Shown here: positions 37,882 to 50,587 of the stretch, piece by piece
Layout: each line of letters starts with the position of its first letter
Numbering within the stretch: the first letter of the stretch is position 1
DNA from: Paragordius varius
Lineage: Eukaryota > Animalia > Nematomorpha
Reading direction: 5' to 3'
DNA length: 64,000 nucleotides
Assembly: GCA_964247055.1 (NCBI GenBank)
Contig: OZ176058.1
Location: 2,046,001-2,110,000, forward strand
Position numbers and translations under genes: made by a program
The notes under the pieces: model-generated
Told to the model about the DNA's origin: nothing
The model's input: the letters and a program-made list of their open reading frames with translations, nothing else
Database searches by the model: none

Positions 37882-39477
37882 ATATATAAATAATTGGCAA
37901 CTTAAATAAATAATGATATACCATTTACAGCTCTAATTCACCCTTAAACAATTGAACAATTCAAATTCACCCTCGAACAATTCAAATTCACCCTTGAACA
38001 ATTCAAATTCACCCTAAAAATAAATTATGTGTTTTCGAACTAATTTAACTCATAATTAATGAGTAATATATCTTTATGGCATAGTTTATTATTTTTTCAG
38101 TATTATTTAAATTTAAAACAAAATTTTTATTTTTTGAAAATATAAAAAAATATTGGGTAATTTTTAATCTAAAAACATATGTTTTATTTGAGGGTTAATT
38201 TGAATTGTTTAAGGGTGAATTTGAATTGTTCAAGGGTGAATTTGAATTGTTTAAGGGTGAATTTGAATTGTAAATGGTATATATATTCACCAATAATTTC
38301 CATTGCTTGGCCTTTTTAATTTTCATTATTAGAAAAAAAATTTCAAAAGGTAAAAATGAAAAGATTGGGATTAGTTATATAAAATAAAATTTTTATAGAA
38401 ATTAGGAATCCTAAATATTCAATAGCCAAAAAATTAACAATTAAAAATTAAAAAAGATTAAAAAAAATATATTAAGATTATTTTACATTTTTCCACATCT
38501 TAGATCGGAGCTGGCCTGAATTTTAAGATGTTTAATATCAGTGGCAAATTGCTGTAAATTAATCCGTATTTTTGAATAAATCTAAAAAATTAATTAGTTG
38601 TATTAAAAAAATGAATATAAAAGAAATTGCAATTATATGGACAAAAGATAAAAATATAAGGACAAATATTTTTTTTAAATCATACTTTTAAAATTCATTT
38701 AATTAATTAAATAATTTTTTTGGAGGAAAATTAAGGTTTAAAAAATGGTTGTATTTTAAAAAAAATATTTATCCTAATATGTTTACGTTTTATCCGTAAA
38801 ATTTCATTTTTAATATATATCGTAGAAATAACTAAAATTAAGGTGTTAATCTTTTAAAGGGCCGTCAACAATTTAAAAAGAAATTGTTTTTTAAAGTTAA
38901 ACAAACTTTAATAAATAAAAAAAATATATATAAACCAAAATTTTGAAAATATGAATGAATAAATTTGTTAAAAACCTAAAATTAAAAAAACTTAAAATAT
39001 TATAATAAAAGCATTGCACTGAAAAAGATCCTAAAAATACATATTCTAAATCAATCAATTATCAATTTCTGAAGTCACATTAATTAGTCGATGAATTCTA
39101 ATATTTTGAAAAACTAAATTTTTAAAAACTATATAATTCCAGTATAAATTTGCACGAGTTATATTCATACATATTATTAAAGACTGCAAAATTATAGTTT
39201 TTTGAATTGATGTGAAGATTAAAAATGGATTTAAAACAAAATAATTTTTTGTTAAAAAATAAAATTATACTTTATTTAAGTCATTAATATCCTGTGAATT
39301 AGACGAAACTAAGGTTTTTGATTGCCTTGAAGCATCTTGAATTAAACCAAGAAGCAATTGAGATCTCTCAGATAACTTGTCGTAATTCGTGGACCTGAAA
39401 TATTTTAAAACATAAAAATTATTTTAAAGAAAATATAAAATAGATAAAATATACCATTTGTCTTTAACCAATGCCAT
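31014..39477 (-). CDS. STX8: Syntaxin-8-like Qc-SNARE, 8 coding exons, 373 aa
   Basis: complement(join(31014..31072,32970..33074,33595..33687,34053..34354,37234..37554,38487..38581,39271..39394,39455..39477)) = 1122 nt, no internal stop, all introns GT-AG with matching phases. N-terminus MALVKDKWSTNYDKLSERSQLLLGLIQD. SNARE motif DQENKLSHLVNIIGQHKNAAQMIHSEVQNQNEIIDNISVGMYGLTHRLEAQTRNVRQY resembles human EQDAGLDALSSIISRQKQMGQEIGNELDEQNEIIDDL. C-terminal TM STCPYWMVIILLFISILVVLFL*. Confidence 0.92.
31625..31920. mobile_element. 21-bp-repeat MITE in STX8 intron 7
   Basis: GAACAATTCAAATTCACCC arrays inverted. Ends ...AACTGTAAATGG|TATA. Confidence 0.75.
32970..33074 (-). CDS. STX8: STX8 exon 7 (C-terminal half of SNARE motif)
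   Basis: 105 nt, phase 1-1: (E)IIDNISVGMYGLTHRLEAQTRNVRQYLRQNKSTC(P). Confidence 0.92.
33595..33687 (-). CDS. STX8: STX8 exon 6 (N-terminal half of SNARE motif including the 0-layer Gln)
   Basis: 93 nt, phase 1-1: (D)QENKLSHLVNIIGQHKNAAQMIHSEVQNQN(E). Confidence 0.92.
34053..34354 (-). CDS. STX8: STX8 exon 5 (Asn-rich linker)
   Basis: 302 nt, phase 2-1: SLLSIEDWDIENN...DDDRTALLSSTQRDTIEL. Contains track ORF 34036-34287. Confidence 0.85.
34480..35450. repeat. Degenerate AT-rich minisatellite (~55-65 bp unit) in STX8 intron 4
   Basis: TTTTAGACTAAAATAT core recurs about 15 times. Confidence 0.75.
35690..36075. mobile_element. 21-bp-repeat MITE in STX8 intron 4
   Basis: TATA|CCATTTACAGTTCAAATT...AAAAATGG|TATA. 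A second copy lies at ~36870-37154. Confidence 0.8.
37234..37554 (-). CDS. STX8: STX8 exon 4 (Hc helix plus Asn-rich extension)
   Basis: 321 nt, phase 2-2: TNHEFNQRTNHINNLLNKHNFMDSLYKSE...SQKSIK(G). Confidence 0.85.
37921..38277. mobile_element. 21-bp-repeat MITE (cleanest copy, 357 bp) in STX8 intron 3
   Basis: TATA|CCATTTACAGCTC...TTGTAAATGG|TATA. Arms of GAACAATTCAAATTCACCCTT. Another copy at 49427-49687. Confidence 0.85.
38487..38581 (-). CDS. STX8: STX8 exon 3
   Basis: 95 nt, phase 0-2: IYSKIRINLQQFATDIKHLKIQASSDLRCGK(I). Confidence 0.85.
39271..39394 (-). CDS. STX8: STX8 exon 2
   Basis: 124 nt, phase 2-0: (W)STNYDKLSERSQLLLGLIQDASRQSKTLVSSNSQDINDLNK. Confidence 0.85.
39455..39477 (-). 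CDS. STX8: STX8 exon 1 (start)
   Basis: ATG GCA TTG GTT AAA GAC AAA TG|gtatat followed by a 60-nt intron. MALV..W start resembles insect Syx8. Confidence 0.8.
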
Positions 39478-39585
39478 ATATTCGAAAAATTAAAATTGTA
39501 AGAAAAACCACCTATTATATTTATGTTGCATATGAGGTAAATCTTTTAAAGAGGTGCATGTGTTATTAAAACTCTGCTTTTTTAA

Positions 39586-40810
39586 CACTTGGATACAACA
39601 CATTCATCAGTTCTTCGATTTAAATTGGGGTAGTTGGGTACCCCTGACCTGTATAAAATTAAATAATTCAAAAAATATGGAATGAATTGAAACAATGGCA
39701 AAATTTTGCACTGATATAACATTGATACACCAAAATATATGAAAAATTTTACTCAAAAATACTTGATATTACTTATTTTTAAATAAAATCAAGGTAAAAA
39801 TTTAGTCAACATGACATTTGTGCATTAGCTAATTTAAATATAATTTAACATAAACCACTTTTGCTGTTTCTATCAATCTTAGATGGGATCTAAATGAAAA
39901 ATTAGCTTTCATTTTAGCTATAAAATCAAATAAACACGATATTTTGCAAAAATGTTGTAAAATAAAAATGGCGTAGAAATAGTCTGAAACGGAAGTTTTT
40001 TCAAAACGAAATTTTATTTAGATAATTCGGTTTATTTATGCAATTTTTATTAGGGTAGAAGCATAAATTTAAATTGGGACCGTTTCTTTCAGTAGTTTTT
40101 CTATAAATTTCAACTTAAATATAGTCTAGGATATTTAGATACCACAATTTAAATAAAAGTGTTGACCCTTGGATAACATATTCATTTCAGTCTATCGATT
40201 CCTATTGGGGTAGTTGGATACCCCGGGCTAAAAAAAATCGTTAAAATATACGGAAGAAAATGGAAACCATGGCAAAATTTTGCACTTATATAACATTGAT
40301 ACACCGAAATAGATAAAAAATTTTATCGAAAAATACTTGATATTACTTATTTTAAACTAAAACTGAAAGGTAAAAATTCGTCAACGTGACATGTGTGAAA
40401 TGGTAAAATAAAAATAATACAAAATAACCGCTTTTTTTATTTCTGTCAATGTTAATGTTATTTAGATAATAAATATTAACTTTAATTTCCTTATTTGATT
40501 CAATTTGGGGTATCTAAATACCCCAGACTAAATTTGAGTTAGGATTTTTTAAAAAATACTGAAGGAAACGGTTCCGATTTAAATTTATGCTTCCATCCTA
40601 ATCAAAATTATATAAATATGCCAAAATATCTAAATAAAATTTTGTTTTGAAAAAAAAGTTCCATGCCAAACTACTTCGACGCCATTTTTATTTTGCAAAA
40701 TTTTTGCAAAATATCGTCTCCATTCAATTTTAGGGGTAAAATTAAAACTTATTTTTTATTTAGATTACATTTAACATTGATAGAAATAGAAAAAGCGGTT
40801 TATTTTGTAT
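39586..40810. mobile_element. Cluster of three piggyBac-like MITE copies (tandem plus inverted)
   Basis: TTAA|CACTTGG at 39586. Junction AAGTG|TTGA|CCCTTGG at 40161-40166. Inverted partial copy at 40490-40810. Confidence 0.7.
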
Positions 40811-41329
40811 CAAAATCTAGGGTTTAATAAATTAATTTCATTTGAATTTTACTTAGCTTATATTAAATCGCATCATTTACATTATTATTATAGACCCATT
40901 CGTTACCTACTCATTAATCAACTTCCGAAACTTCTTGATAACAGTAAAAATTGAAATTATACAGACAAAAAAAGACAAAACACATGTTTTGCAAAACAAA
41001 AACATCCATACCATGATTTCCTTTTTGGGGTGCAAAATAGGGAATATGTGTAAATTGGTAACTCGATTTATATTTTAAAATTGTAATTAAATAGTTTATA
41101 TGGGAAAAGTTAAAAAAATATGGCTGTCTTTAAAAAATTCTTTTAATTTTTACGTTTTAACTTTATAACTTCAATTTTTACAGTAAATCATTTTTCCATG
41201 CCACTATAAAATGCTCCTAAATTTTTGATAAGTTAATTTAACTCATTAATCCTTTTTTACACAATAAAAGAGCTGGTCAAAATAACCGAATGGTTTTATT
41301 ATTCTACAACGAAGCGTTATTTGTGCGTT

Positions 41330-42021
41330 GATTACGATATCGATGTTCTTCACTTTGTCTCCATATACCGAGTATATTTCTTCTAAAAACATTTCAAAAG
41401 CGTTAATTCTTTTCATGTCATCACTTTTAATGATTCAGTTTTCACAGCCGTATAGCATGATAGGAAATATTTGCGTTTATTAGTCTGATTTTGTTTTTAG
41501 ATTTATATCATAAGGATTTCTATATTTTGTAATGTGAGACCAAAGCGTATTTGGCGATTTCTATGCGTCTTTTTATGTCTTGTGAACTGAAACTTGATTT
41601 GTTTATAATGCTTCCAAAAATGTGTATTCGTTGACCACTTGAATTGTTTCGTTATTGATCCGAAAGCCCTAGAAATAGGGGAATTGATATGTAATAGTTT
41701 CGTGTTAAAATGTATTTGCACATATTTATAAAAGTTCGGAGACTGTTTTCAAGGCTTGTTTGAGAAATAATAAGATTACCGTGTCGTCGGAGTAAGGGAG
41801 ATTGGAGTTATTTCTGACATATTTAAATCTCTCGTGATGCATTTCAGATAAATGAAGAACATGGGTAAAATGCAGCTTTGATGCAGACCTATGTTTATTG
41901 GGCTCCAAGAGGTCGGGCCATATGAGGTAATAAGTAATAGGTATGCGTTGGAGTATATGGATATATAACTTTCCAAAATGTCACTGCAAAAACTATCTGT
42001 AAAAACCCACGACAGAACCAA
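41330..42021 (-). pseudogene. RTE-clade LINE reverse-transcriptase relic
   Basis: Fragments YGPTSW..IGLHQSCILP.FF (GVRQGCILSP), LPYSDDTVIL (YADD), QDIKRRIEIAK, KTKIRL...IFPIMLYGCE, KRINAFEM. Confidence 0.8.
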
Positions 42022-45000
42022 GGAGAGGAAGTTTTTCTATATAACAGCTAATGGTCGATAATCGACTACAAGCTTAACAACAGTATGAGTAAGTGTACAT
42101 TGCTAGTTTATGTTTATTGGTGCCCATATACAACAAAGAAGGCTAATCTGTAAATATTGCCAGATAAGTATTCACACTAAAGATAAATATTTTAACAAAA
42201 AAATACGTTTATTTAGAACAACTTTTAGCAATAAATATTTCTTTCTTTAGTGCAAATTCTGATATTTTAAAATATAAGGATGTGTAATATATATTGGTAG
42301 TTTTTTTATTAATTTGTCAAATAGAACCGATATACTATAGCAAAGAAAAATATTATTTGCTTAAGCTTATTTTTACGCCTTTTCTTGGTGGTAGTCTAGA
42401 AAGAATTAGAAAACTATCAACGCAAAGTGTGAATTAAAATTATACAGACAAAAAAGACCGTGCGCTGTACGTTTTTAAACTTATTTTTTTAAATAAACCT
42501 GTTTTAATATGCAAAGTATGAAATAAAGATGTTAAATGGTAACACAATCAAATAATATATGTATTGCAATTGTAATTAATTATATAATTATATATAAATT
42601 TATTAATATATCTGTCTTTATATTTTTACGGTTTGCCTGTATATGATTTCTGTATCTATTGTATTTTTATTATTGTTTAAATGGTACCAAACTTTTATAT
42701 AGATGGCGTATAATTATCTAAATTTAATTTCTATTCAAAATTTATTAAGTTATCTAACATAGGAATAGGTTAAAAGTCACAGGATTATTGCGGTTCAACC
42801 TTAAAGAAATATTAAAAATTATAAATTAGTTTAACAGATTGTATATATGAGTGCAAACAAATGTAAGAGTTTGCAACCCAAAATTTTTTTTTTGTGGTGT
42901 TAAAAACCAATTTACATCTCTATTCCTATTTAAATTTTTGACAAATTTAATTATTCTTACTTAATAAAAATAATTAATTTGTTAATTAGAGTACTGAAAT
43001 TATACGGACAAAAATAAGTCAAATTTTTTTCTAAAAGAATCTTGATTTTTTATATAACTCATTGTTTTAAATGGCAAAGTATGAAAAAAAGATATATATT
43101 ACTAACACAATAAATTCAATATTTTACAATTATAACTAAATAGCTTATATGAGAAAAAATAAGGTTTTACAAAGTATGGTGGTTTTTTAAATAAAAATAT
43201 TTAAATTATTACTAACACAATAATTTCTATATTTTCAATTTTAACTAAATGCTTATATAAGAAAAAATAAGGTTTTACAAAGTCATTGTGTGCAAAAATT
43301 TTTAACAAAATAATTATTTTCATGAGATAGCTTATGACCAGCGAATTATTTGCCGCAAAAATTGTTATTTGTTGAGAACCTAGTTTTTAAATATTAAGAG
43401 AAATTTGAAATCGGGCAAAAGGTGAAAATTAAGGGTAATTAAGGATAAATTAAAAAATATGATGAAAGTTGATACGATTTTTTACATTGAGATATATCCA
43501 ATATATAAATATCAATCATATAATTATGGTTTCTATAAAATATATGTCAAAAGATGACGTTTTTCATTTAACATACTTAAAAGTCAAATTTTATAAAACT
43601 ATATATATTTTTTTAATTATTTACTAGCTAAAGTCACTAATAATTCAACTTATATTATACCAGAAAAATTTCAGCATATGGTGCACAAATTTTGTGATAT
43701 GGAGCAGCACAAATCTTTTAATTAAATCACTTGTAAGGTCCAAAACCAAAAGCACCATAAAAATATTGATATATTTGTCAATTAAAATATTCATCAAGAT
43801 ATTTTTATACCCCCCGATTTCGTGCATCATGTTACGATCAGACTGTGAATTTATCGATAATAATTAACTGGTAATCGCAAGCAACTTTTAATTTATATTA
43901 TTAAAAAATTATCTATTAAAAGGGGCAGCCCCAATTTATAAAATATGCTATCTTATTAAATATTGTAAATAACCCAAAATATATATGCAAATCAAATTTA
44001 ATTTTATACAGACAAAATGTAAAATCATGGACAAAATTTTTTTTCTAAAAGACCGCTATATTTTTTTAATCATGTACCAATTAAGATGTTAATTAGTAAT
44101 ACCAATCAATTATTATATATTAATAATTGTAATTAAATATTTTTTATAGGAGCAATTTAGTTTTGCAAAAGTATGGTTGTTTGGAAAAAAATTTATTGTA
44201 TTTCTTATTACATTTTGTATGTAAAATTTTAATTTTGTCTGTACTTTGATGCCCCTGTTCCTTTCTAATGTTCGTTTTGTCTTATGTACGAAAACCTCAT
44301 CATGATTTTTTTAAGATTTTATATCAGAATCTTCAAAATTATTATTTGCATAAAGTTTTACGCATAAAAAATAATAAAAAAAATAATGCATAAACATTTT
44401 TTAATTAATTTTCGTCAACTACCCAGAGCGTTTTTGGACGGAATTCGGATTGAATAGAGGAATCATAAAATTAATAAATTATTCTTTAGAGATACTCTCA
44501 TTATATTTGCAAGCCCATTTTTTTGTCCCTTTATCAGTAATGTAAGAGGGTATGCTTCAATGAAGATATTATGTTTTACGGTAAAAAATATTGTTATAGG
44601 GACAAAATGAAACTAAAAAACAAATAATTCTTTAAAAAGACAACTAAACTTTATGAACCTTGACTTTTATAAAGTAAAACTCATCGCTTCTAATTACAAA
44701 ATAAGGAATAGAGATGCGAATTGGAAAAACACTTAAATATTTCACTAAAAAGTATACGGACAAAACGTGAAAATATTAAGACAAAACTTTTTTTTTCAAA
44801 AGACAAAACCATATTTTTTCAAATCGTGATTTTTTTAATTTACTTCATTGTTTAAATTTGAAAACTATGAAATAGAGATGTATTTTGGTAACACAATCAA
44901 TAATATATTTTACAGTTTTATTTATTTTATAAGAAAAATTAATATTTTAAAAGTATGGCTGCCTTTTAGAAAAAAATCTTCTTTATGTTTTAACTTCTTG

Positions 45001-45785
45001 TCCAAATAATTCCATTTTTAGTGTAATTTGGAACTGTAATTTATAGTTTATGTAGGAAAATTAAGGTTTGAAAAAGTATGTTTGCCTAAAAAATATTTGT
45101 ATTTTAGTTTTTATCCATATAATTTCAATTTTTTGTATATTTCGCCGTAAAATAATATTCCAATATCTTTTATGGTTGGAAAAGTGTATATTTTAATAGT
45201 GTTTGCTCACTTAAAAAAATACATTTTTATTCAAAATTTTACGGACCTGTGTAATTTTAATTATTGAAACAACATCAGGCCCAAAGAACTATTTAATTTA
45301 TTAAGGTACAAAGACCATTTAATTTTAACACAGATGTTTCCTTATACATTGTCAATGTGTTATTTGAATCATATTTTTGGAAATTCTTGCTATATAATTT
45401 TGGTGAATCGTTTTACTGTTTCAGTCTATATTAAAACTTCCTTTAGAATCAAAGATCAAATCTTTCCTATCCAATAAACCACCGAGCTATTTGCGCAAAA
45501 TAATTATTAAAAGTCAAGGAAGTGAATGTTAAATTACTTTTTGTTATAGTTTGGATTTAATATAATTTCATTTCTATGGGCCGATTAAAAAATCCCTTAA
45601 ACCAATAAAATATTCTTTGCAATAGTTTCGGATTTTTTTTTATCAAGCACCTAAAGGAGACAAAACTTTTTCATAAGATTTTATTTTTTGATAAAAAAAC
45701 ATGCAATTTTGATATTGAATCATTCATTTATTTTATTCAATATATTGTACATCGTCTACCACACATTTGTTCATTTCTCAGTTAA

Positions 45786-46125
45786 TCTATATATATATAA
45801 AAATGGAAAGTTGTGGCTTTGTGATCTGTTTCCGGAAAACCGGTAGACCCATTTAATGAATGCCCCGACGATAGCTTCGCCCTTTTTTGAATTAAGCCCC
45901 CAGTTCGGGCCCACCCCGTGTAAAAAACGGTTTTTTTGAAAATACAAGTCCACAAAAAACATGTCTTTGAGACAATTTTCCGGAAAACGTGTTGGACCAT
46001 TCGATTTTAAATATAAATTTTTTTACTTATTTTTGATTGCGCCGAACATAGACGGATCGCTTTTTTAATTTAGGCCATCTTTTTACCCGATCCCCCCGTA
46101 AAATGCCATTTTTTTCCAAAAAATG
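45786..46125 (+). mobile_element. Helitron 5' fragment (same family)
   Basis: A|TCTATATATATATAAAAATGGAAAGTTGTGGCTTTGTGATCTGTTTCCGG, the reverse complement of the 9350-9699 region. Confidence 0.8.
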
Positions 46126-46127
46126 TT

Positions 46128-47235
46128 ATTGATATGCTCCTCTGCGAGGTGGCGTTCCATTGACACGTTAGATTCGTCAAATCACTGGTCAAGAGAGTTT
46201 AGCGGATTCAAAAGATGTTTCTATCGAAACAATGTCATAGTGTCATTCACCGGTTCCTTTATATAAAACCGTCCTGTGGCATGTTTTATAACATTCGGTG
46301 GTTTTTCGATTAATGTACGAGTCATTTATTGACCATAGCGTTGTGATTGTGTGTTTACGATTTCACTGGGTTTTAAAAGTGCATTATATAACAATATGGC
46401 TCTAGTTTCGCCTTAAACATAGCACGTGGTTTTCTTGCTGAAGCGATTTGGAATTGGTGTTTTTAGACAGGCTTGACACAATTTTTCTGCTCAGGATTTA
46501 AAAAAGAGAGAAAGAGCCATTTCTAATCACCCATTTCAATTCGATGCAAAAATGATTCAACTCGTGACGTTGAAGCAAGATTATACGAGCAAATTTGCGA
46601 TTTTCGATTTGACGTTCATTCAAATTGTAAGAAACCGAATTAGTTTATTAGTCTTTTTCATTGATTGTAGGCTATAAAAAAGTTTTTTTGTGATATATGT
46701 AATGCTTCTGCCAATTGTTGTAGACGAGTAACTTTGCGATTTTCGATTTGACGTTCATTCAAATTGTGTGAAACCAAATAAGTTTATTAGCCTTTTCCAT
46801 TGATTGTAGACTATAAATAGTTTTTTGTGTTACATGTAATGCTTTTGCCAATTGTTGTAGACAAGCAACTTTGCGATACCCGATTTGATGTTCATATTCA
46901 AATAGTATGAAAGCGAATTAATTTATTAGTCTTTTCCATTGATTGTAGACTATAGATTGTTTTTTGTGAAACATGTAATGCTTGTGCCAATCGTTGTAGA
47001 GTATGGGTTATCAAATAACTCTTGCATTTGATTGTCTTTGCAGTTGTCTACAAGAGCGCCCACATTCTTTCTCAAAAAATCATAATATTTGAAACTATGT
47101 TTTACATAATCAATAAAGCATTTTCACCATATGTTTCTACCAACAAACGATAACTTTCAACAGCCATTTTTTCGGATTTAATGTGTGCCGCAAATTTTTA
47201 TTATTGGGCACAAAATTTTGAATGATAAATACAGG
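46128..47235 (-). pseudogene. Mariner (Mos1/mauritiana-like) transposase relic with internal ~138-bp triplication
   Basis: Fragments FVPNNKNLRH, ESYRLLVETYGE, QQLAKALHVTQK, ERQIENRK, LLQRHE..FLHRI..GD.KW, PNRF.KK, SMERHLAEEH align to the recalled Mos1 sequence. Confidence 0.85.
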
Positions 47236-47278
47236 ACGTTAGTTTTTGGTAAACTTATTTTGTGTGTGTTGACATTTA

Positions 47279-47560
47279 CAGTAAAAATTGAAAATATACG
47301 GACAAAACGTAAAAATATAGAGACAGATGTTTTCTTCTAAAAGACAACCATATTTTTCAAAACCTTAATTTTTCTCATATAAGCTATTAGTTACAATTGT
47401 AAAATATAGATTGGATTGTTAATATATATCTCTCTATTTCACACATTGCCATTTAAAATAATGAGTTTTGATAAAATCTTGATTTAAAAAGTATGGTTGT
47501 CTTTTAGGAAAATTTGTATATATATTTTTACGTTTTGTGCGTTTATTTCAGTTTTTACTG
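47279..47560. mobile_element. Palindromic TA-CAGT MITE, full copy
   Basis: TA|CAGTAAAAATTGAAAATATACGGAC...GTTTTTACTG|TA. Confidence 0.85.
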
Positions 47561-50471
47561 TAATATAAGAAAAAGTGTATAACACTAATCGTCTGCCTAC
47601 TTTCGATGACGTCTTTTCTAAACCTATTAAGTATATATAATTTATTCAAAATTAATGGGCCTAAAATAAATTTTTAGGATAAAATTTAAAAAAATATATT
47701 TAGGTTAAAAATTTAAAAAATAAATTAAAAAAAATTACTTTTGTCTCTAATGCAAAATAACATATTTTTCTTTTGGAGTGTAGATTTACCAAATTTAAAT
47801 CCGTCAAAGCTGGCTGTGATATGATCATTTTTTTTGCTCAAAAAAAAACTTTTGACTTTAATGGCTTCAAAAAATTTTTTAAATGGGCAATTAATCAGCA
47901 TAATGCGAATACTTTGTACATAAGTATTGAAAAAAAATTCAAATTTCTTTTGAAAGCCAAAAAAAAGTCTCAAGATTTTGAGAGGCAACATATCACACCA
48001 ACTTTAACCGTTTCATATTTGAGATTAATCATATAAGGCGTTTTTTTCACTAAAAAATTCGGAATTTTTAAACATATAGGAATACAGCAGTGAGATAAAT
48101 ACGGTGAAAATTGGAATTATACGGACAAAACGTAAAAATATAAAAACAAATATTTTTTTTAAAAGACAACCACATTTTTTACAAGTCGTGATTTTTTTAA
48201 TTTACATCATGGTTTAAGTTTGCACACTATGAAATAGAAATGTATTTTGGTAACACAATTATTTATATATTTTACAGTGGTAATTATTTATCTAATTATA
48301 ATGTAAATTAAGGTTTAAAAAGTATGGTTGTCTTTTAGAAAAAAATATTTGTCTTTATATTTTAACATTTTGTCCGTATAATTTCAATTTTTATTGTATT
48401 ATTGGTTATTTAATTGGCGAACAGTTTTATATTTGAGAAAATAGGTAGAATATTCGGAATTTCGATGGAAGAAAGGTTTTAATTATGTTATATTGCATTG
48501 AAATAAATGCTTTTAAAGGTAATTTCTATATTTGAAAAAGTAGAAATAAAATTTATAGTCCAAATATTTGCGATTTTGATGCAGTAGAAAAAATATAATT
48601 GGTTATAGGGGTATTTAATTGGTGAATAATTTCATATTTGTAGTAGGAATTATAAAATACCAAAGAAATACATAAAAATTATGGTTTTTTTGCTAAAAAT
48701 TCGCGAATTTTGATTTATATGTAATCTAAATGAACCCTTAACATTTTAAATAATGCCTAAACGGTTCAAATACACCTTCAAAGATTACGTATTCACCCTA
48801 ATAAATTATGTTTTTGAAAATTAAAAATTACTTCTATTAAATATTTCTAGGTGAAATTATATAATTAACAACACAGAAAAAAAGAAAAACTATGCCACAA
48901 AGATGTATATTTCATACCAATATTGAATTAATAAATTAGCCCAAAAACTTTAAATTTAGGGTGAATGTGTAATATGTTTAAGGGTGAATTTAAAATTTTC
49001 TAGATAGATTTGTAACGTTCAAAGGCCAGTTGAAATGAATGATATATAATATATATAATGGCAAATTTACTTTAAAGAGAATATGATTATCATAAAAATT
49101 CAAAGGTAGACCTTGTTTTTTAGAAGACAGCCCAACCATACTTTAAATTTTCCTTGATAATTTAAAAATTACAATTGTGAAATACATTATAGAGAATGTG
49201 TTAACAATTTACATCTATGTTAACTCCAAACTATAGTTATAATTAAAAAATTAACGGTTAAATAATTGTTTTTATGTTTTTGTATTTTTAATAATATTTG
49301 CCTTAATTTTTACATTTTGTCTTATAATTTCATTTTTCGCTTAAATGGTTTAATGTGTAAGATTTAAAATATAAAAAAACTCTTAATATACCTTTATATC
49401 CAATAATATTAGTCTTCTTTAAATATCCATTTACAATACAAATTCACCCTCAAATAAAATATATATTTTTAAAAAATAAAAATTTTTATTTTAAAATAAT
49501 ACTGACAAAATAATAAACTATGCCATAATGGTATATTTCATATTAATAATGAGTTATATTAGTTTGAAAACATTTTTTTAGGGTGAGTTTGAATTGTTCA
49601 AGGGTAAATTTGAATTGTTCGAGGGTAAATTTGAATTGTTCAAGAGTAAATTTGAATTGTTCGAGGGTAAATTTGAACTGTAAATGGTATTATATATGCC
49701 ATATATATTTTCATAAAATCGGCCTGAAATACACAAATAATTTGTGATTGATGGTTTAACTAAAAGAGTAAAATTGAATCTTTCCAAAAAACCTTCAACC
49801 ATTCCAATTGGCTGTGATATGTATTTTTTGGTGACTGATTGGACACTCTTTTGAATTTTTTGCGTTTCAAATTTTAGGGAAAATTTGAAAACAAAATTTT
49901 TTTTTCAAATGACCAATCTAATCTACAGACATATAACACAAACCGAACTGGAACTGTTGAAAATTGGTATCTAAAACATTTCTTTAGTAGGATTCGATAG
50001 AATAATAAAGGATGAATATTGGGTAAATATAACTTTTAAATGTAATTAAATTTTTTGAAATATATATACATATATAAATATTAATAACATAAAAATATAC
50101 GAGCGAGATTCTAGAATTTAATAAAAATATCACAAAAATTGTCAAATTTAAATTTTTTACCTTGCTTTTGTCCATCAGAATATATTTGAATAAAGTGTTA
50201 GAAATCATATGCAGCTCTAATTTTTAACTTTAAGGTTTATTTAAATATTTTAAAAATATTAGATAAAATTTGATTTTTACAAATATAAATATATATACTA
50301 CGGTAAAAATAATCAATCAAAATCAATCATTATCGATAAATGAAAATCTATAATATATTGATTGGTAAATCTAAAAAAGGGGGATTTCATACAGATAATA
50401 AAATCTCTAAGCAAAAAGGAAGCCTAAATAGGAAAGGAGGGGGTAAAATTATTACATAATAGTTTAACTTA

Positions 50472-50587
50472 CAGTAGCGTATGGTAAAGAAAAACAAATG
50501 GTTGAAATTAAGCATTATATTCTCTATTTTACATTAATTTAGCTAACTTAATAAGGAACAAATTTTGTTTTATACCATACGCTACTG
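50472..50587. mobile_element. ~117-bp MITE (TA TSD), copy 1
   Basis: TA|CAGTAGCGTATGGTAAA...TATACCATACGCTACTG|TA. Confidence 0.8.

Noticed and set aside
45786-47235. Helitron capture of the mariner gene
   Set aside because: No hairpin plus CTAG 3' end was found downstream. Adjacent truncation explains the junction equally well.
49578-49802. ORF ending in LPSNNSN repeats
   Set aside because: The repeat part is the 21-bp MITE arm.
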